A DNA stretch of 64,000 bases from an uncultured delta proteobacterium. GTDB taxonomy: Bacteria; Myxococcota_A; Polyangia; Polyangiales; Polyangiaceae. The DNA lies in contig CAVOKF010000008.1 in the NCBI GenBank assembly GCA_963696385.1, positions 672,001-736,000 of the forward strand, written 5' to 3'. Positions 62,180-64,000 of the stretch are shown here, in pieces (position 1 is the stretch's first letter; each line of letters begins with the position of its first letter). The position numbers and the translations under genes are program-made. The notes under the pieces were generated by a model. The model did not search any database. It was not told where the DNA came from and saw nothing but the letters and a program-made list of their open reading frames with translations.

Positions 62180-63778
62180 CTATAGTCTAGGGCGGGGTCC
62201 GCGAAACCCGCAGAAAGCCGACCCGAGCCCGCCCGTTCGCGGCTCTAGGCCTCCAGGCGAAGCGACAGGAGCATGTCGCCGATTCTCGGAGGCGAGAAGC
62301 CCGCGGTCGGCCCCTCCGTGCGCCTGCGACCACGCCTCCCCCGCGAGGGCATGCAGCATGACTCCGGTGCACGCGGCCTCGAACAGCGGCAACGAGCACG
62401 CGAGCGCGCCGATGATGCCCCCCAGCAGATCTCCGGCGCCCGCGGTGGCAAGCGCCGGGCAGGCGACCGGCGTCACGGCAAGGCGGGAGTCGGGCGACGC
62501 GATGACCGTGTGAGCCCCCTTCAACACGACGACCGCCCCGGTCGCCGCGACCAACTCGCGGGCTGCACGGAACCGGTCCGAGTCCACTTGCGCTGCCGGC
62601 CGGTCGAGCAGCCTTCCGAGCTCGCCCGGATGGGGCGTGAGGATCGCGTTCTTGGACGCCATGAACGTGGTCGGTCTGCCTGCGAACATCGACAAGGCGT
62701 CGGCATCGACGACGATGGGCCCACGCCACGTCGCCAGAACGTACTCGACCAGCAAGCGCGAGTCGTCATCCAGCCCGAGCCCGGGCCCCACGACGACCGC
62801 GTCCTTGTCCTTCAAAATCGCGTCGAGACTCGCCCCGGTATCGCCTCGATCGATGCGCGCGGTCATCACCTCCAGCAAACGAGACTCGATGGCGCGCGCC
62901 GACTCGGGCCACGTCGCGATGGTCGTTAGCCCGGCGCCGGCTCGCATGGCTCCGTGCGCGACGAGCTGCGGCGCCCCGACCTTGCCGGGCGATCCGGCGA
63001 CCACGAGAACGTGCCCCGCCGCGGTCTTGTAGGTGCCGGGCGTTCGGCGCCCGTACCAGCGCGCGATGTCGCTCTTCTCGAGAAGCTGCGCCGAACTGCC
63101 GACGTGCCCCACGAGCGAAGCGGGCACTCCCAGACCGACGACGTGCACGCGCCCCGAAAGCCGCGAGCCATTGGGGGTGAGCAGTCCGAGCTTGTGGTGC
63201 GCGAACGTCGCGGTGAACTGCGCTTCGACGGCAGCGCCCGGCGCCGCGCCCGTGTCGGCATCGAGCCCAGAGGGCACGTCGAGCGCAAACCGCGGAGCCG
63301 TCGCGCGATTGATTGCGTCGACGACCTCCGCGAGCCACCCCTCGATGGGCCGGTCGAGCCCGGTCCCGAAGAGTGCGTCGACCACCACGTCTGCGTCGGC
63401 GATCGCCTGGGCCAAGCCGGAGACCCGCGCACCGGGTGCGAGCTCGCGGACGTCCCCTCCGACCCCGCGCCATGCAGCCAGATTCGCGGCAGAATCCGGC
63501 GAGACGCGCAGGGCGTCGCCGACGAGAAACACGACGGGCGACGCACCGCGAACGGCCAGGTGGCGCGCAAGCACCAGGCCATCGCCGCCGTTGTTGCCGG
63601 TGCCGCATACGACCACGGCCCGAGCCCCGCGCGACGAGCCCGGCAGGACTTCGCGGACCAGCACTTCAGCGGCACCGGCACCGGCATTTTCCATCAACAG
63701 CAAGCTCGGCACGTGGCACTTGGAGATGGCGTGCGCGTCGAAGTCACGGACCTGGGCCCGCGAGAGAACCGGCATCAT
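62180..63778 (-). CDS. nnr: Bifunctional NAD(P)H-hydrate epimerase/dehydratase (apparent +1 frameshift near C-terminus)
   Basis: LMENAG, CGTGNNGGDG, DALFGTG, DVPSG, GPGLG, VDADAL, LTPHPGE, LKGA, LATAGAGD. Confidence 0.93.
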   Translation of the reverse strand: MMPVLSRAQVRDFDAHAISKCHVPSLLLMENAGAGAAEVLVREVLPGSSRGARAVVVCGTGNNGGDGLVLARHLAVRGASPVVFLVGDALRVSPDSAANLAAWRGVGGDVRELAPGARVSGLAQAIADADVVVDALFGTGLDRPIEGWLAEVVDAINRATAPRFALDVPSGLDADTGAAPGAAVEAQFTATFAHHKLGLLTPNGSRLSGRVHVVGLGVPASLVGHVGSSAQLLEKSDIARWYGRRTPGTYKTAAGHVLVVAGSPGKVGAPQLVAHGAMRAGAGLTTIATWPESARAIESRLLEVMTARIDRGDTGASLDAILKDKDAVVVGPGLGLDDDSRLLVEYVLATWRGPIVVDADALSMFAGRPTTFMASKNAILTPHPGELGRLLDRPAAQVDSDRFRAARELVAATGAVVVLKGAHTVIASPDSRLAVTPVACPALATAGAGDLLGGIIGALACSLPLFEAACTGVMLHALAGEAWSQAHGGADRGLLASENRRHAPVASPGGLEPRTGGLGSAFCGFRGPRPRL

Positions 63779-63804
63779 GGGGGCAGAATAGACAACCGCT
63801 CGCG

Positions 63805-64000
63805 CTACCGCGAATTTCCGCGCTCGCTCGGAATCCAAACGTGAAATGCCATGCCTCCGGCCTCGGTGCTCTCGACCGCGATGCTGCCGCCGTGCAGCTC
63901 GACGATCGCCCGGGCGAGCCACGGTCCAAGGCCGAGGCTGCCGTGCTTGCGCACCCGTTCCGGGTGCTTGAAGGCCTCGAAGACCTTCTCGCGGTCTTCG
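63805..64000 (-). CDS. Sensor histidine kinase, C-terminal HATPase fragment (partial)
   Basis: Manual translation: EDREKVFEAF...GSLGLGPWLARAIVELHGGSIAVESTEAGGMAFHVWIP...stop. Confidence 0.82.
   Translation of the reverse strand, partial: EDREKVFEAFKHPERVRKHGSLGLGPWLARAIVELHGGSIAVESTEAGGMAFHVWIPSERGNSR

Larger units (their letters stand above)
59684..62185 (-). mobile_element. Insertion sequence (~2.5 kb, ISNCY/IS5-like DDE) with passenger genes
   Basis: Perfect 18-bp inverted ends CTATAGCCTGTTGCGAAA (59684-59701) and TTTCGCAACAGGCTATAG (62168-62185), including a palindromic target duplication (TA, TATA or CTATAG); encloses the transposase. Confidence 0.9.

Overview
GC-rich bacterial chromosomal DNA that looks myxobacterial (Myxococcota, probably Polyangiaceae/Sorangium-like). 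This is inferred from the eukaryote-like Ser/Thr kinases, Cys-rich lipoproteins with Asp-Ala-Gly linkers, a LacI-type-sensor hybrid kinase and GH8. About 55 CDS are present, mostly housekeeping or metabolic (acs, pckG, two 2-oxo-acid dehydrogenase E1 loci, lpdA, metH, a membrane pyrophosphatase, pepQ, obgE, pspA, ABC systems, PduO-type adenosyltransferase, nnr). Less ordinary features: (i) a complete ~2.5 kb insertion sequence (59684-62185) with 18-bp inverted ends carrying a three-gene operon of DDE transposase, Cys/His-rich DUF6788-like protein and a membrane passenger ORF over hairpin-rich DNA; (ii) a small foreign-looking islet (HTH remnant, GNAT-like gene, small acidic gene) bracketed by GTCGNN hexamer tracts, which recur at four intergenic sites; (iii) a Ser/Thr kinase fused to a MshEN-type c-di-GMP motif; (iv) an orphan FlhB/EscU lacking NPTH and coupled to obgE; (v) a two-lipoprotein operon behind a sigma54-type promoter, with a CxxCH motif; (vi) a duplicated structured REP/MITE-like element after pspA; (vii) many genes with a -10 box 6-8 nt before the start codon, suggesting leaderless mRNAs. 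No rRNA, tRNA, CRISPR array or reverse transcriptase was seen. All family calls come from motif recognition by eye, not from database searches.
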